This document shows, one piece after another, positions 13,280 through 26,728 of a stretch of DNA of 64,000 nt. Origin of the DNA: Octopus vulgaris (lineage: Eukaryota); the NCBI GenBank assembly GCA_951406725.2, contig OX597826.1, positions 69,440,001-69,504,000 on the forward strand, in the 5' to 3' direction. The position numbers and the translations under genes are program-made. The notes under the pieces are model-generated. The model made no database searches. It was not told the DNA's origin and was given only the letters and a program-made list of their open reading frames with translations. How positions within the stretch are numbered: the first letter of the stretch is position 1; every line of letters starts with the position of its first letter.

Positions 13280-14060
13280 AATAGAAATAGATCTTCTGTC
13301 TGAATGTGATCTGGAGTCGGCGTTTAAACTTGCTCATTTATTTACACAACGATTGCATATCCCTTGATATGAATGTGCCAGCCATCAGCGAGACCAGCAT
13401 TTCTTGATCGTCGTGGTCCTTGCTTCTTCACGATGACTTGTCAGCGAGTACATATTTCGGTAAGACCTGGAAGAGTAAGTTAACATTATAGTTTGGGAAG
13501 GTTCCAGAAGATCTTCTTAGTTGATGCTATGTATTTGGTTTTAGACATAAACAACAGCAAAGGTGAATCTTTCAATCGAGCACAAAAATCCTTCATGTGT
13601 GCCCCAATTTTAGTCGCTTGTTTGGGTCAAAACTCCCTGGCTAACGAGATTTCCGTTAGATGTATCTACAAACTGTCTGGTGCAGTATAACACTGGTAAT
13701 AAACTTGGCTTCGCCGGGGATCTAAGTAATCAGGTTACATCCAAAACCATCTTAAAAGTTGAGCGCAGGTACTTGGAGAGCAGCAAGTAGATCTGAAAGC
13801 AGAAGATGATTCCGGTGATGTTTTCAGCGGTAAATTGCTTCAATGTACATTCGCATCATCACAGATCTAACTGAACAAATCAGTATGTCAAGAGTGTTCT
13901 CTCACACAACGTAGAGGAAGCAATTGTAGTGATCACAAATAAATGTTCCTCTGTACTCCTTCTTGTCGACTCCAACTTATTCAATTATCCATTCACGCAC
14001 TACAGAAGCCCCAACGCAAATCTGGCAGTACGTTTGATACTACTGTTGGATAGCATGGGG
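13280..14060 (-). pseudogene. Highly degraded LINE ORF2 fragment (APE endonuclease end and linker)
   Basis: Minus-strand peptides ENTLDILIC and LSDL resemble the PTR..NTLDL and SDH APE motifs. Many stops and frameshifts. Confidence 0.4.
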
Positions 14061-14129
14061 CGAAATTTGAAGGCGAACATGCTTTATACTGTTCTCTACT
14101 ACATTCCTAACAGAATATAACCGAACTAT

Positions 14130-14365
14130 ATGTGTCTGTGTGTGAATGCGCGAGTGTGTGTCGCTGTCTGCGTTTGTTCCCCAACACTGCTTAACAACCG
14201 GTGTTGGTGTATTTACGCCCCCCTAAACTGGTTCGGCCAAAAGATACTGATAGAAAAAGTGCCAGGTTTGACAAACGGGGTTCGGTTCAGTCGACTAAAA
14301 GTTCTTCAAGGTGGGGCCCCAGCATGGCCGCAGTTTAATGACTGAAACAAGTAAAAGATGAAAAA
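14130..14365 (+). mobile_element. Family C SINE, 3' half
   Basis: Tail ...ccagcatggccgcagtttaatgactgaaacaagtaaaag, shared with many copies in the window. Confidence 0.8.
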
Positions 14366-14461
14366 CTAATAGATGTATATCTATTTATCTCTCTATCAAT
14401 CAATCATTCTCTCTGTCTGTCTATCTGTCTATTAATCAATCAACCAACCAATCAATCATTG

Positions 14462-14813
14462 CATTGCGTCGGTTACGACGACGAGGGTTCCAGGTGATCC
14501 GATCAACGGAACAGCCTGCTCTTGAAATTAACGTGCAAGTGGCTGAGCACTCCACAGACACGTGCACTCTCAATATAGTTCTCGGAGATATTCAGCGTGA
14601 CACAGAGTGTGATAAGGCTGGCCCCTTTGAAATTACAGGTACAGCAGAAACAAGAAGAAAAGGCGAGAGAAAGTTGTGGTGAAAGAGTACAGCAGGGTTC
14701 GCCACCATCATCTGTTTTCGCTCAATAAACACCCGTAACGCCGGTCTTCGAATCGAAACCGCGATACTACGACCGCCAGTCCGCTGCCCTAACCACTGGG
14801 CCATTGTGCCTCC
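14462..14813 (-). mobile_element. tRNA-derived SINE, OR-like head (tail type 2)
   Basis: Same head as 3229 (ggaggcacaatggcccagtggttagggcagcggac) but a different 3' half. Confidence 0.85.
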
Positions 14814-15230
14814 AATATATATATGTCTTTGTTGCGTTTGATGTTGTTGCTAACGCTGATATTGTTGTTTATCCATTTTTGTTTTTGTTTTTTGTTTCCT
14901 TTGCTGGTTTCGTTCCTTCTTACTAACATCGTTATGTCTTTATTCGTTCTAGTTCGTCCCAGTTGTTAGCATCGTCGTTGTTGTTTATTAGCGATCTTGT
15001 TGTTATTCTCGTTGTTGCTATTTACTATTGTGAAATTATCTCTCTAATCTTTAAATAAAGCATCGTAACATCTTACGGCAGCATCTCTTTCACATCCAAC
15101 GCCATTTCAATTAGTTCACGTGACCTCTTTTTATTTTTACAACGCCATTTCCGGCATCGTAATTATTACAATACTTCCATCGCCCTCTCTCTCTTTCTCT
15201 CTCTCTCTCTTTCACTCTCTCTCTCTCTCT

Positions 15231-15268
<38 letters not shown>

Positions 15269-15480
15269 ATAGCTCTGTCTGCCTCACGCTGTCCCTGTAT
15301 CTCTCTTTTTCAAACTGTCCCTCTTCCCCACCGACACACACTGTCTCTCTGTTTCTCTCGCTCTTTTACTCTTTCTCTCTCGCGCGCGCTCAATCTGCCT
15401 CACACTGTCTCTGTCTCTCTCTCTCTCTCTCTTTCAGACGCACTCTCTCATCCTTTCTCTATTCTCCTTCCTGTCTTTCT

Positions 15481-15511
<31 letters not shown>

Positions 15512-16246
15512 ATTTTGCTTCACGCTGTCTCTGTCTATCTCTTTTTCACTCATGCACTCTCTCTCACTTGCTTTTTTCTCTCCTTGGCTCTGTCTTTCTC
15601 TCTCTCTCTCTCTCTCACACACATTCTCCCTCTCTTTTTCTTGCTCTATCTGTCATACACAGTATCTCTCTCTTTCTCTCATACACACACGCACTTTATC
15701 TTTCTCTCTTCCCCTCTCTCACTTCCGTCTTCCACTCTTTCGCTTCATCCCTCACTTCCTCTCTCTTTTGTCTCTCTCTTCTTTTCTCTCTCTCCCTTTC
15801 TCTCTTCCCCTCTCTCACTTCTGTCTTCCATTCTCTCACTTCATCCCTCGCTTCCTCTCTCTTTTCTCTCTCTCTCTTTTTCTCTCTCTCCCTCTCTCCC
15901 TCCCCCTCACTCACTCTGAGGAATACTCTGTCGCTAACTTTCTCTGTCTCTTAATCACTCCCTGTTTCTCACCCATTCTCTTTTCTAACTTTCTTCCTCG
16001 TCATTTTCTGTTTATAAGATTGCTACACACATGTTGTTGTTGTTGTTGTGGTGGTGGTCGTGGTATGATTTTATTTGTGTCTTTCTTTTAAATAGTCGTG
16101 AAAATGCAGCGTGTGCATTCAGGTTATACGACGCTGCACCTGCTGTGCACATTCTTCCTACTTACTTCCTTCCCACCCACTCAGTATATATACACACATA
16201 CATATATACATATATATATATATGTGTGTGTGTGTGTATACATATG

Positions 16247-16298
<52 letters not shown>

Positions 16299-16350
16299 AT
16301 ATATATATATGCTTATGTATATGTATACATACATAAATACATACACATAA

Positions 16351-16395
<45 letters not shown>

Positions 16396-16546
16396 CAAAC
16401 GTGCATACACACGTATATTACGCACTCACTCACACGCACGTATATATATATATACACATATATATCTATTTACATGTACATGTATGTGTGTGTGTATATA
16501 TAATATATATATATATACAAACACGCACACATACATGTACATGTAA

Positions 16547-16691
<145 letters not shown>

Positions 16692-17434
16692 CGGTTATTA
16701 CAAAAAACAATTGTAGTGCATATAAATATATTACGCATCTTTAATTTTATTTTCGTTTCTCTTCTCTCGGTATCGTGTACCATCAGCACATGATATAGAT
16801 GTATTGCTATGGTTTTGTTGTACATATTTAGGTGTGGTTGTTTAAACTAAATAATTTTACACTGCGTAACGTAGCCCTTTGTTATTGCACTCTACTGTAC
16901 CTAGATGTGAACTTTACACGTTTACTTTTTTCCTGGGCTTCCATTTATTATATTTTAAAATGTATTTTGTTGATCGCTTTGTTATATATTCCATTGGCAG
17001 ATACTAGATATCTCTGAAATAAAGAAAGAAAAGGATCATTTAAATTTTGGTAAATTTAAATAGATTATTAAAAATAAATCTAGGATTGGTGGTAGGTTTG
17101 GTGCAGTTTGGTGTATTTGCGTGACGGCGTTAAAATTCTTTATATAATCTGTTGAGGATTTTCACAACAGTGTGCAGAAATAGAGAACAAGTGTTGAAGA
17201 CTGGAAGGGAGTAGGTATCATAGTTGTAGTGGGAGGAGCAGGAGAAGCGTGAGAAGAAGGAGGAGCAGAAAGAGCAGAGGAGGAGTTGAGAGGAGGGGCA
17301 TCATTGTTGTTGATGATATAATTATGAATTACGTTTTTGTTCGTGCGAGCATGTGTGTTATACATACCTGCATACATGCATGCATACATAAATATGTATA
17401 TACATATATACTGATATATATGTATATATATAGG

Positions 17435-17467
<33 letters not shown>

Positions 17468-17476
17468 GTATACAAA

Positions 17477-17543
<67 letters not shown>

Positions 17544-18057
17544 TATATATATGCCAGTATGTATGTATGTATTCAATATATTTGTTCTGTTTAAGACGCA
17601 AATAATTACACGCACATACACATATGCACACACAGACTAACATATATTTTACAAGAGTATATGATTTATGTATATGTATATATATGTTTTATATATACAT
17701 ATGCACATATATATTTATGTTTCTATATACACGCATATATATATCTACATATATATATATACATACAACAAGCATACAAGTATGTATGTATGTATGTATG
17801 TATGAATACGCATGCCCACCAACTCACTCTAAAGGTTTGGATCGACTCCTGGTTATGATGAAGACACTCTGTACATGTTGCCAAGCAATAGGATCGAACT
17901 CAGCCTGCATTGTTGCAAATCGAATTTTTTTCTTTCATCTTCTTTTCTTCTAAAGTGTGCGCGAGAGCGTGTGTGTGTGTGTTTACATGCGTATATACAT
18001 ACATATACACACACATACATACATACATACTTACATACATACATGCATACACACCCT

Positions 18058-18396
18058 ACTCTGTTTGCTTGTACCCTCACCCTGACCACGGCTTTCAACC
18101 GATTCTGATGAAACTTGCCACACACATAGCCCAATGTCATAATTCAAAACTAACGCAGCGAAAATTTTGAAAAGTTCCGCCAGTTCTGAAAAAAATCGAT
18201 AAATTCGACATGGGGTCGAGAATCAGAAACACAAACCGCAAACTGTCTAGGGGACGCAACTCCACCTTTTTTAACTAAAAAAAAATTTACCATAATTTTT
18301 TTCCATCTTTTTTCTATTTTTGGGGCTATAACTCTCTAAAAATGCTTTATAGTTATTTCCCTTACAAACCTGAGCAACGCCGGGCGATACTGCTAG
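18058..18396 (+). mobile_element. Non-autonomous Helitron
   Basis: 3' end cctgagcaacgccggg hairpin followed by gatactgCTAG|T. Internal aaccgattctgatgaaacttg motif is typical of these elements. Confidence 0.8.
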
Positions 18397-18437
18397 TAAC
18401 TATATAAATTCATAATGAGTGAGAGAGCAACAGAGGG

Positions 18438-18476
<39 letters not shown>

Positions 18477-18899
18477 CATACACACGCACACACAGTGAGA
18501 GATAACAAAACAGGAATCTGGACAATTTTTTGCTGTTCTTTCCTCCCCGTTACATATATTTCGTTTGCTGACAGGAATTAAAAGTCGTACTTGTTGGAAA
18601 ACATATGTAAAAAACTCATTATTAGAAATTCTTCAGACAGAGAATCGCATAATGCTCTAATATACATCTCACACCAATAAAACAACGACAACAACTTCAC
18701 ACTGAATTGTAATAATAAAATAAGTATTTGTGCTTCAAGAGGCCACAGCTTGGAATTTTTTCCTACTTGCATAGTATAGATAGACAGATGGACGGACGGA
18801 CGGACAAACAGACGAACGGAAATATGCAGATATGAATCTGCATATTTGTATGTATTCACCTAAGCGTGCTTGTGTGTTTGCATATAGTTGTGAAGCTTT

Positions 18900-19512
18900 T
18901 CTTTTCTACTCTAGGCACAAGGCCTGAATTTTTTTGGTTGGGTGGGGCAGTCGATTAGACCCTAGTACGCAACTGGTACTTAATTTATCGACCCCGAAAG
19001 GATGAAAGGCAAAGTCAACCTCGGCGGAATTTGAACTCAGAACGTAACAGCAGACGAAATACTTATTTCTTTACTACCCACAAGGGGCTAAACACAGAGA
19101 GGACAAACAAGGACAGACAAACGGATTAAGTCGATTACATCGACCCCAGTGTGTAACTGGTACTTAATTTATCGACCCCGAAAGGATGAAAGGCAAAGTC
19201 GACCTCGGCGGAATTTGAACTCAGAACGTAGCGGCAGACAAAATACTGCTAAGCATTTTGCCCTGCATACTAACGATTCTTATTTCTTTACTGCCCACAA
19301 GGGGCTACACACAGAGGAGACAAGCAAGGACAGACAAACGGATTAAGTTGATTACATCGACCCCAGTGTGTAACTGGTACTTAATTTATCGACCCCGAAA
19401 GGATGAAAGGCAAAGTCGACCTCGATGGAATTTGAACTCAGAAAGTAGCGGCAGACGGAATACCGCTAAGCATTTCGTCCGGCGTGCTAACGATTCTGCC
19501 AGCTCGCCGCCT
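18900..19512 (-). mobile_element. Tandem multimer of family N SINE units
   Basis: Three successive Nin-domain units (about 18900-19061, 19062-19280, 19281-19512). Confidence 0.9.
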
Positions 19513-19585
19513 TCGTAATATAAAGCAACGCAACTCATGATATGGTTTACCCTAACGCCCGTGAACACGCTGCCGGCAACCGTGA

Positions 19586-19905
19586 CCTACTTACTTAAGT
19601 TCTTCGCTCCCAAGGAAGATAGATCCTCGATCTCTTTTCTCCCCTGCTTTCAAATCTGGGCTGTCTTGTCCCAGGTTTTGTGGTGCGTGAATGTTCATGA
19701 ATGCCTCTTGAACTTTGCATTTTTGTCTTAAGCGCGTTGACCCTTCTTAAATTTGCTTTAACCCCTGGGAAGGGGTGGTTCATATTACGAGTTTAGACTC
19801 TACCCTTTAAATGGCTCATCATGGGAGACTCTAACAGGTCAAAATTTGTTGGTTTAGTTCTCAGGGTTATTGAAGCACACAAGCTACCACAACGCAACAA
19901 GGCCT
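19586..19905 (-). mobile_element. RTE-related short element (degenerate)
   Basis: (AAGT)n tail at 19588-19597 and a catgggagactct...aagctaccacaacgcaacaagg segment resembling RTE 5' UTRs. Confidence 0.4.
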
Positions 19906-20845
19906 AGTGTTTGTATACTCCGTGTGTTGGTTTTCAACCGGGTGAAGAATTACAACTACAACTCAACATCACTGTCCATTAGGCAAAAATGCCTACCCGT
20001 TCTCAATTATAGGCCAGGGTCGGCCTCATGTTATAGTTTCCCAAACACGATGAGCAGTTGGATCGAACTTGTAAACAAGCAATTGAGAGGAAAACTTCTT
20101 GAAATAAACACTGTGCATATCACCTTATTTACATAACTTAATCATTACAAAATCTCTCCTTTTCAATTTCATGGTATGAACTTATAATGCACGCAATCAC
20201 ATATGCGTTATGGCGTACACGGAACATATTTACACCTATTACCTTATGCAAACACGCACGCACGCACGCACGCGTACATACTTTCAGATACCTGGAACAT
20301 TTCTGACTCAAAAAAAACAAATAAAAATGTTTTGTCAATTTTTTTGGTGTCCAGCTTGAATTCAGCGAAGAAGTCAAATAATTCTGAAAGCTAAACAGAC
20401 ATGCCTAAATAGGAAGTTCGCTGGGTAGTGGGAAGAAAAGATACCTTCCATTTTACATTCCTCAAATTCAATGTGAACATTGAAAATATTCAATCTTTTT
20501 TCTAAAGCTTTAATATCTAACGCTGTTACTAACTGAATTCCAAAGAAGAATTTTGTTTCATTATAACAATGCGGTTTCTTTTCTATAGGAAGAATTTTAT
20601 AACGCGATAATAAACACATATACATAGAGACAAAACAAAATAAGCACATCATACATGCGTAAATAAAACTTGAATGCAAGCAGTAGTGCGTGTATTGAGT
20701 ACTTGCTTGCACACCCTAACGTGTCACAATATGCGTGTATATATATATATGCGTGTGCGTGTGTGTGTATATATATGTGTGTGTGTGTGTGCGTTTACGC
20801 AGACCTCATATTGATCAGACCTCATATATGTGTGTGTGAGACATG

Positions 20846-20902
<57 letters not shown>

Positions 20903-21023
20903 TACATATCTATAATGGAAGGCAATTCAGTACACAAACACACACATATTTATATACATATATATATATATATATATATGTATATACATACATACATATA
21001 TATATATATGTGTATATACACAC

Positions 21024-21058
<35 letters not shown>

Positions 21059-21077
21059 ATATATATATATACATATA

Positions 21078-21240
21078 TAGGCGCAGCCGTGAGTGTATGG
21101 TAAAAAGCTTGCTTCCCAACCACATTGTTCCTGATTCAGTCCCACTGCGTGGTACCTTCGGCGAGTGTCTCCTACTCTAGCTTCGAGCCGACCAAAGCCT
21201 AGTGAGTGGATTTTGTAGACGGAAACTGAAAAAGCCCCTC
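21078..21240 (+). mobile_element. Family C SINE, 5' half (tRNA-like head and CORE-like gtggcaccttgggcaagtg segment)
   Basis: Matches the heads of the copies at 50786, 51736 and 55113. Confidence 0.8.
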
Positions 21241-21249
21241 TATTAAATT

Positions 21250-21513
21250 ACCCCCATCGCTTGGCAACTTTGAACAGGCCTCTGAGCAGATACCACCATG
21301 ACAATTTTCTCCATCACGGTCAATGTGATGATCACACGCTACACACGTTCCTTCCAAGCACTGTTGTAAACAGCAGAAGTGGGTTAGAACGTTAAAACTT
21401 AGTGCGCCTGCAAAGCAGAGTCACAAGTCAATCTATGCCAAGCTGCGTTACTCTACGTGCGTCAGCATCGTTACTATGGCAACAGTCCGGATACTTATTG
21501 ATCATACCTCGTA
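21250..21513 (-). mobile_element. Mariner-derived element end (same family as 41417-42769)
   Basis: Ends ...gatacttattgatcatacctcg|TA and aligns with 41418-41670 and 42552-42769. Confidence 0.85.
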
Positions 21514-21799
21514 CATGTAGTTAGTATAAAGATAACTCAATTGGATTGTTTACACATGACATATATAGACGTTTTTTTCCGTTTTGATTATATATTTATG
21601 AATAGAGAATATAATAGAATATTAATCTAAGTGATTTGACAGGTGCGATAGTCAAGAATTATGTCCATTATTTGAAAATCAGTGAAAAAGACAATATTTA
21701 TGGACAAAAGCTTTGAATCCTACAGCTTCTCCAAGCAAAATGATAAATCTATATATGTACCTATAATTATTGATGTACTTCGCAGTGCATTTGATAGTA

Positions 21800-22300
21800 A
21801 CGGCGGTGGTGGTGGTGGTGGTGGTGATGGTGGTGGTTGTGGCGGTGGCGGCAATGGCGGTGGTAGTGGTGATGGTTTTGGTGGTGTTGTTGTTGTTGGT
21901 GGTGTTGTTGGTGTTGTTGTTGTTGTCGTTGGTGGTAGTGGTGGTGGTAGCGGCGGCAATGGCGGTGGTAGTGGTGATGGTTTTGGTGGTGGTGTTGTTG
22001 TTGTAGGCGGTGGTGGTAGTGGTGGTGGTGGTGGTGATGGTTTTGGCGGTGGTTTTGATGGTGGATTTGGTGGCGGCGGCGGCGGCAATGGTGATGGTAG
22101 TGGTGATGGTTTCGGTGGTGGTGGTGGTGGTGGTGTTGTTGGTGGTGATGGCTTTGGCGGTGATGGTTTTGGCGGTGGTACTGGTGCTGGCGCTGGTAGT
22201 AGCGTGAGAGGTTGATAGTGCTTGTGGTGATACTTGTACTGGTGGTACTGGTGGGAGGGGTAACAATGGTGGTGGGGTTGGAGTGGGAGTGGGGGTGTTA
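21800..22300. repeat. Degenerate (GGT)n low-complexity tract with three internal ~39-bp repeats
   Basis: ggcggcaatggcggtggtagtggtgatggttttggtggt recurs at about 21847, 21952 and 22081. Confidence 0.85.
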
Positions 22301-22640
22301 GTCATCTATCGCGTTGTTTTTTAATGCTCTTCAATTTTTATTTATTATTGTTGTTGTTAATACTTTTTAGCATAAGACTTTTCGTCTAAAACTTATCAGC
22401 CATTGGCAGAGTTGCTAGAGTGTCGTGCTGATGCCATGCAATACTTTTCCCGATTCAGTTCAAATCCCGCCGGGGTCATCCTGGCTATTTCACCATTTCA
22501 GAGTCAAGATACTAAAATAGCAGTCCAAGACCCTGGACTAGCGAAACATTCATAAAGTCATGCCGAATATGCTGTACTTGTACTGGCTCTTAGTGGCCCA
22601 AGCTCAAAACTAGCTACGGTCTACATGGTAGATAGATACT

Positions 22641-22759
22641 CTTTACTCTTTTACTCTTCTACTTGCTTCAGTCATTTGAGTGTGGCCTCGGCCCCACCAA
22701 AGCGTTATGAGTAGATTTGGTAGAGGAAAACTGCAAGAAGCCTGACGTATATATGTCTG

Positions 22760-22791
<32 letters not shown>

Positions 22792-23050
22792 AGTGAGTGT
22801 GTGTGTGTGTGCGTGTGTGTGCGAGTGTGTGTGTGTAGACGTATTTCCTTCGACTTCGTATTTGTCCCACCGCAGCCAGCGTCGCTTGACAACTGATCTT
22901 AGTGCGTTTACGTCCCTGTAACTTAGCAGTTCGACAAAAGAATAAATACTAGGCTTACAAAGAATAAGTCCTAGGGGTCGATTCCTTTCACTAAAACCCT
23001 CTAATGTGGTGCTCCAGCATGGCCGCAGTCGAATGCCTGAAGTATGTAAA
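22641..23050 (+). mobile_element. Family C SINE, 5'-truncated, preceded by an inverted tail fragment
   Basis: 22641-22687 is the tail in minus orientation, and 22688-23050 is the body and tail in plus orientation. Confidence 0.75.
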
Positions 23051-23225
23051 ATAATTAAAAAATTATGTATGTATATATGAATATTCATGTACACACACAC
23101 ACATAAACACACAGACTCATAAACACACAGACTCATAAACACACACACACACACACATAAACACACACACATAAGCACACACATGCACGCATACACACGC
23201 ACGCTAATACAAATACAGACACACA

Positions 23226-23282
<57 letters not shown>

Positions 23283-23812
23283 TATATATATATATATATA
23301 TATATCATATATATATATATATATATACACATATATATATATATCATCTATATATATATATATATATATATATACATACACACACTTATACAACATCCAT
23401 TCTGAGGTGGTTGGTAATTATGGCATGATATATGGTCATCTTCTTGTAAGATGTCCAGCCATCAATAGAAATCTCAATAGAAGATAATCATTTACATGTA
23501 TAGCATAGACTCGTATTCGCTACTAACAGTGACCACAGCCTTTTCACATCTATCATTTTGCAGGTTGGCTGTTCTAGCTGTACTTTGATGTTTTGAAAAT
23601 TCTGAAGAAATTAATCTTTAATCGTTTATGTCCTGCAGTCATTAGAGTGCGATCATGTCAGGGTTTAGTCGGACAAATCGATCCTAGTACTTTGTGATAT
23701 CATGAAAGCAACACCGGTTGCAAAACGGTGAGGCGGACAAGTAGAAGCCCAAATACAAAGACGCATACAGTATATATGCATACATACATAAATGCATACA
23801 TATATATAATAT

Positions 23813-23856
<44 letters not shown>

Positions 23857-23861
23857 CATAT

Positions 23862-24080
23862 AAAGTTAATCCAGACATGAAAACACAAAGAGAAAACACA
23901 ACAACGCGAGGACGTGGAACAAATATAGTATTATTGGACGCTCAAGAAGGAAGGGAAGAAGGAGGGTTTAATGTTTCGAGCGGAGCTCTTCGTCAGAAAA
24001 ATAGGAAAAGGAAAGATCCAGAGAAGGAAAGACGGAGGAAACAAAATCGCCAACGGTACACACGCGGTCACATTTTGAAT
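23862..24080 (-). mobile_element. Short Penelope-type terminal fragment with minimal hammerhead motif (family H copy 1)
   Basis: Minus strand ttt-CTGACGA-A-GAGC-tcc-GCTC-GAA-ACAT-T-aaa at 23967-23999. The 3' end abuts (TA)n. Confidence 0.7.
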
Positions 24081-24574
24081 GTGATATCACATATATATCA
24101 AATGTGATATCATATATATATATAGTTTTTTTTAACGGTACAACAACAATGCACTATAATACAAACAATGAGCTATATACCTGTTGTAATTTAGTCATCC
24201 ATAATCTGATAATATTTCGTAATAAAATTTTTTCTTCAGATACTGTTAGGTGGGGTCGCTGCTGGAAAATATCTGAAGAAGAAATTTTATTCCGAAATGT
24301 TATCAGACTATGGTATATAGCCTATTGTTTGTATTATAGTGCATTGTTGTACCATTCAAAAAACAAAATCTTTTTATTCTTTACAAATAATACACAATGC
24401 TTCAAGCGAACTACAATACTCTCCTACATATTTGTGTGTGGCTTTTCTTGGTGCTTACATTTCTTCTCCCTGCTCGTGGCTTGTCCCAGTATATGAGACT
24501 TGATAATTGTTGAGAATTTTCGGCATGAAACCAAAGGTAGCCTTGTGAACACACAAATAAAATATATGTATATG

Positions 24575-24637
<63 letters not shown>

Positions 24638-25393
24638 AGACAATTTGAGTGAGTGTACTAGTGAAACAGGCAATCGATACATTTGATAGGAATCATGTGT
24701 TGGATTATTTAATAACAGTTTGATTCGGTTCTATGCAACTTAAATGTTTGTAGGCTCGTGATGAACACCTACGCTTGTGTGAAGGGCTTCCTTACAGTTT
24801 TCGTCGAGCAAATTCACACGCAAAACTCTAGCACAAGGTGCCAGGCACTGACACTTAAAATCAAAATCACATGGATTGTAAAGCGATCTTCTTAACCACG
24901 AAGCCGTGCCTGAACTTGTAGAGTACTTTAAAAAAAACATTCATTTTGAGAGTAGATATTCAAGATAGGTACCAACTTTGTAAGATTTATGCAATACCTC
25001 TGTTCTGATGCAAGCCTTAAGCAAAGATATAAAAGCAAAATAATAAGAATGTTGATTTATATTTTATTAAGTTAATCAACTCTGCCTTTTTCGAACCTAA
25101 AGGTTTTAATTTCTGAAGTGTATTTTTCGCCCGAAACGTCAGATTACTAAAATGTTTTATTGTAAAAATTTAATCTTTGTTTTTATCTCTTTCTTTTCGT
25201 ACAAATGTACTGACGTTGAATTTGAAGTTTGATATATGGGTACGCATATGTGTATGTTTGAATTTCTGTGTATACGTATGCATGTATGAATGATTGCATG
25301 TATGTATATATGTACATATGTACATAAACATATATATCTATGCATATATAGACATATATATTTATATATGTATTTATATGTATCATGCATATA

Positions 25394-25445
<52 letters not shown>

Positions 25446-26049
25446 CACATATATGTACATACATAATTCATATGTGTGTATGTATGTATATATACTCAGG
25501 TATGGATTATATACATTCATGCTGTGATATAAAAAGCCCTATGGCATTTTAACGCTGTTTAATGCAACAATGAACAAATGTTACATGAAAACGTGCATAA
25601 ATTTTTGAATAAAAAGTTAAAGCTATTTTATTCAAATATAGGATTCATAATATTCGCCATCATAGTGAATATATCCTGAACATTATTCTTCAACTGCTTT
25701 GTCGAATCTGTCGAGACTGTTATGATTTGAATTTCCATTGTCTTCACTTCGATTTCCTCAGTTAAATGCAAAATTTTTGTGATGGTGTTTCTATAACGGA
25801 ATGAGACAATCGGGCACGGCTGTTTGGGCGTTGAAAATTTGGCGCGGCTGATTGAACACGCTGCTTGTTTTAATAACCTTACGTTTAGCAATAGCGGCAA
25901 CCACGTACGTTTGTGTAGAAATGCATGTTTACAGACAAGGAAGAGAGAGTGAGAGAAGGGGTGAGGAATTACGTATACAGATATAACTACATGAAACTGA
26001 TACACATAGACATTGAGAGAGAGAGAGACAGACAGACAGAGAGGGCTAA

Positions 26050-26620
26050 GTGAGGGAGTGAGTGAGTGAGTGAGTGAGTGAGTGAGTGAGTGAGTGAGTG
26101 AATGTGTGCGTGAGTACTTGAGCGAGTGAGTGCGTGAGTGAGAGTGTGAGTGAGTGAGTAAATGAGCGTGTGAGTGAGTGAGTGAGTGAGGGAGTGAGTG
26201 AGTGAGCGAGGGAGTGAGTGAGTGAGCGAGCGAGTGAGTGAGCAAGTGAGTGAGTGAGTGTGTGAGTGAGCGAGCGAGTGAGTGAGTGAGCAACTCAGCG
26301 AGTGAGTGAATGATTGAGTGAGTGAGTCAGTGAGTCAGTGAGTCAGTGAGTGTATGAGTGAGTAAGTGAGTGAGCGAGCGAGTGAGTGAGTGAGTGAGTA
26401 AGTGACATGAGTGAGTGTATGAGTGAGTAAGTGAGTGAGCGAGCGAGTGAGTGAGTGAGTAAGTGACATGAGTGAGTGAGTGTGTGTGAGTGAGTGAGTG
26501 AGTGAGTGAGTAAGTGAATGAGTGAGTGAGTGAGTGAGTGAGTGATTGAGTGAGTGAGTGAGTGTGTGATTGAGTGAGTAAGTATGTGAGTGAGTGTATA
26601 AGTGAGTGAATGTGTGCGTG
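26050..26620. repeat. (GAGT)n tetranucleotide array
   Basis: Direct reading; it gives the LTHS-repeat artefact ORFs. Confidence 0.95.
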
Positions 26621-26728
26621 AAAGAATGAAAGCCAAAGTCTACTTCCGCGGAATTTGAACTCAGAACGTATCGGCAGACGAAATGCCGCTAAGCAGTTTT
26701 CCCGGCGTGCAAACGATTCTGCAGCTCA
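26620..26728 (-). mobile_element. Family N SINE head fragment
   Basis: ggaatttgaactcagaacgta...cggcgtgcaaacgattctgc. Confidence 0.8.

Noticed and set aside
18900-19512. CRISPR-like repeat-spacer appearance
   Set aside because: The units are SINE multimers without unique spacers, in a eukaryotic context with no cas genes.
25628-25900. Possible DNA-transposon end and coding relic
   Set aside because: No partner TIR, TSD or diagnostic motif.
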